NCBI GenBank assembly: GCA_002104905.1 | Contig: MCFE01000069.1 | Coordinates: 62,001-126,000, forward strand | Reading direction: 5' to 3' | Length of the DNA: 64,000 nucleotides | Source: Basidiobolus meristosporus CBS 931.73 | Lineage: Eukaryota; Fungi; Basidiobolomycota | In this document: positions 62,289 through 64,000 of the stretch, one piece after another | Position numbering within the stretch: position 1 is the stretch's first letter | Layout: every line of letters starts with the position of its first letter | Position numbers and translations under genes: made by a program | Notes under the pieces: model-generated | The model's database searches: none | What the model was told of the DNA's origin: nothing | Seen by the model: the letters and a program-made list of their open reading frames with translations, nothing else

Positions 62289-64000
62289 AGACTTGTTCCG
62301 TTGGATAGTGTCACATAGTGCCAGCCTGTTTAAGGTGCCGGATTGATCTGGCACCCTATGGCACTATCTGGCATTATAATTTCTACCATGATGCCAGTGG
62401 TATGATACAGTTACTGGTAATTTTACTCAATCTTACTTATGTTGCTCAGAATAGTGCTTTCCTTGCTTTATTTACTCTTCATAATGCTCCAGACACATTT
62501 CTCTCAGTGGATGTCTTCTTGTATGAACATACTGTGCATTAATAAGTATCTTAACTATTTTACCTATTCTGCTGTTTTCACCTATATATGACTCTCCTCT
62601 GTATTTACCTGCCAATATGCTGAATCTCTTCAGATATCCAAATGTGTGCTCAACCCTTACTCTGAAATGATTAAATACCTTATTGTAGAGCTTCTGCTTC
62701 CTGCTAAGCACACCATTCCTTGGCTTCCTATAAGCTGTTATACATCTAATCTCTGACAATCCTCTCCTATATAGGCTAAGTCTGCCATACATTTCTCCCC
62801 TCTACTGAATTCAGGATGATTCTCTACCCAGAGTGCTTTGTCATGCCTACTTCCAGCAAATGGCCCACTAAACCAGATGATGTTACCCTCAATGTCAGAC
62901 AGTGCTTGAAGCTTCACACAGTGTGCCTTGTACTTGCCAGAATAAAAGTGCCTCTGCCCTCTAGAAGGTCTGTTAATCCTCACTGGGAAGGTATCCAAAA
63001 TACTCCTGATATGGTACCTGTTGCTGAACACTCTGGGATATGGAAGTCTATTGGAGCTTCTGAACCTAGTATTCCAAGCTTACTCTAAGTGATTCATACC
63101 CTCTGCAAGGTGGTTCTCCATTGCTGTCAGCTGGGAATGAGATCTTCTAGGACTTTTGTTGCCATGGATGGTGGGATGAGACCTTGTAGGGCAATAGTTC
63201 TTGTAATAGCAGAGAAGCTTAACAAGGGATCTCCTTGAGTAGATTGGGGTTGATGGTCCACAGTACTTGGAATAGATCTCCTCTATTGTGTCAAAAGGAA
63301 ATCCAGTGGTAGTGATGGGATTGATCAGAAAAGACCATTCAGATGAGTAAGTCATATTACAATTGATGGATGATTGTAAGGAGGCGGTTTGAATTGATTT
63401 GGCACAATCCGCGTTATTTATCTGATTTTTAATACATTATGGTTAAATCTCCATCAATTGCCATGTATCCCATCTTTATGTTGCAAAAATCATCTGCAAA
63501 CAATGCCTTGGTACTTTTATTGATGCTTTAATCATAGGTCCAGTATCAAATAGGAAATCTGCAATTGATGTGATCTGATCCGTGACAACGCAATCCAAGA
63601 TGCATCATGCATAATATATGGAAAATTCAGCATTCACATTAGTTTTCATATATATTTCATATAAGACCAGGTTGATGCCAATATACCGCTGTATAAGTAT
63701 CCAAATCCGTTGCTATGGTCCCCATACCAAGCCTCAACTCATCTTTAGTACAACCCAGACAAAACCCATCCCCCAGCTCACAGGCGCGGTCCAGACCGGA
63801 GAAGTCAATGTTGGATCCGTTCAAGTTCTTGCCAAATGATTTTAGTATGGCCCAAGTGTCTATGATGATCCTTCATACAGATATTTGGGCACTACTGATT
63901 AATCTAGCAGAACTAGATACCTCAGAGAGTCGACAAAGATGGAAGAATTTGAGTAGAAAGCTGTGGCATGAGTTCTACATCAAGATGCCAGCCAATGTAT
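62289..64000 (-). mobile_element. PHIS/Pangu-like copy E, running off the window; transposase pseudogene 62472-63355 and start of the accessory gene (+) from about 63715
   Basis: TIR AGACTTGTTCCGTTGG at 62289. Transposase has CAA>TAA at about 63080 and a 1-nt deletion near 62740. Confidence 0.85.

Noticed and set aside
1-64000. rRNA, tRNA or telomeric repeats
   Set aside because: None recognised; the PBS is only a 9-nt tRNA complement.

Overview
This window contains no recognisable host gene. It is an AT-rich, CpG-depleted, densely nested eukaryotic transposon cluster; the TE types and a tiny intron suggest a fungal origin, which is inference only. Five TE groups are present. (1) A compact 4,938-bp Ty3/Gypsy family with one gag-pol ORF, 368-bp LTRs, a tRNA-type PBS and 4-bp TSDs: one copy with an uninterrupted ORF and identical LTRs (36177-41114), one copy with a nonsense codon (21189-26126), a solo LTR and an old relic. 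(2) A chromodomain-bearing Ty3/Gypsy (chromovirus) with 509-bp LTRs and 5-bp TSDs: one full-length decayed copy (51939-57815) showing a Tf1-like self-priming signal and a textbook -1 frameshift signal, plus a triple-deleted copy (46002-49401). (3) CACTA/EnSpm-type DNA transposons with CCCTA-type termini, a 3-bp TSD and a divergent accessory gene of unknown function, nested in each other. (4) PHIS-superfamily DNA transposons with AGACTTGTTC TIRs and AAT/ATT TSDs (Pangu-like), repeatedly nested in themselves; a 410-aa second gene can be rebuilt by removing the Ty3 insertion and a 29-nt intron. (5) Decayed Ty1/Copia fragments, plus a 500-bp foldback element. Boundaries, TSDs and alignments were read by eye, and relic coordinates are approximate.
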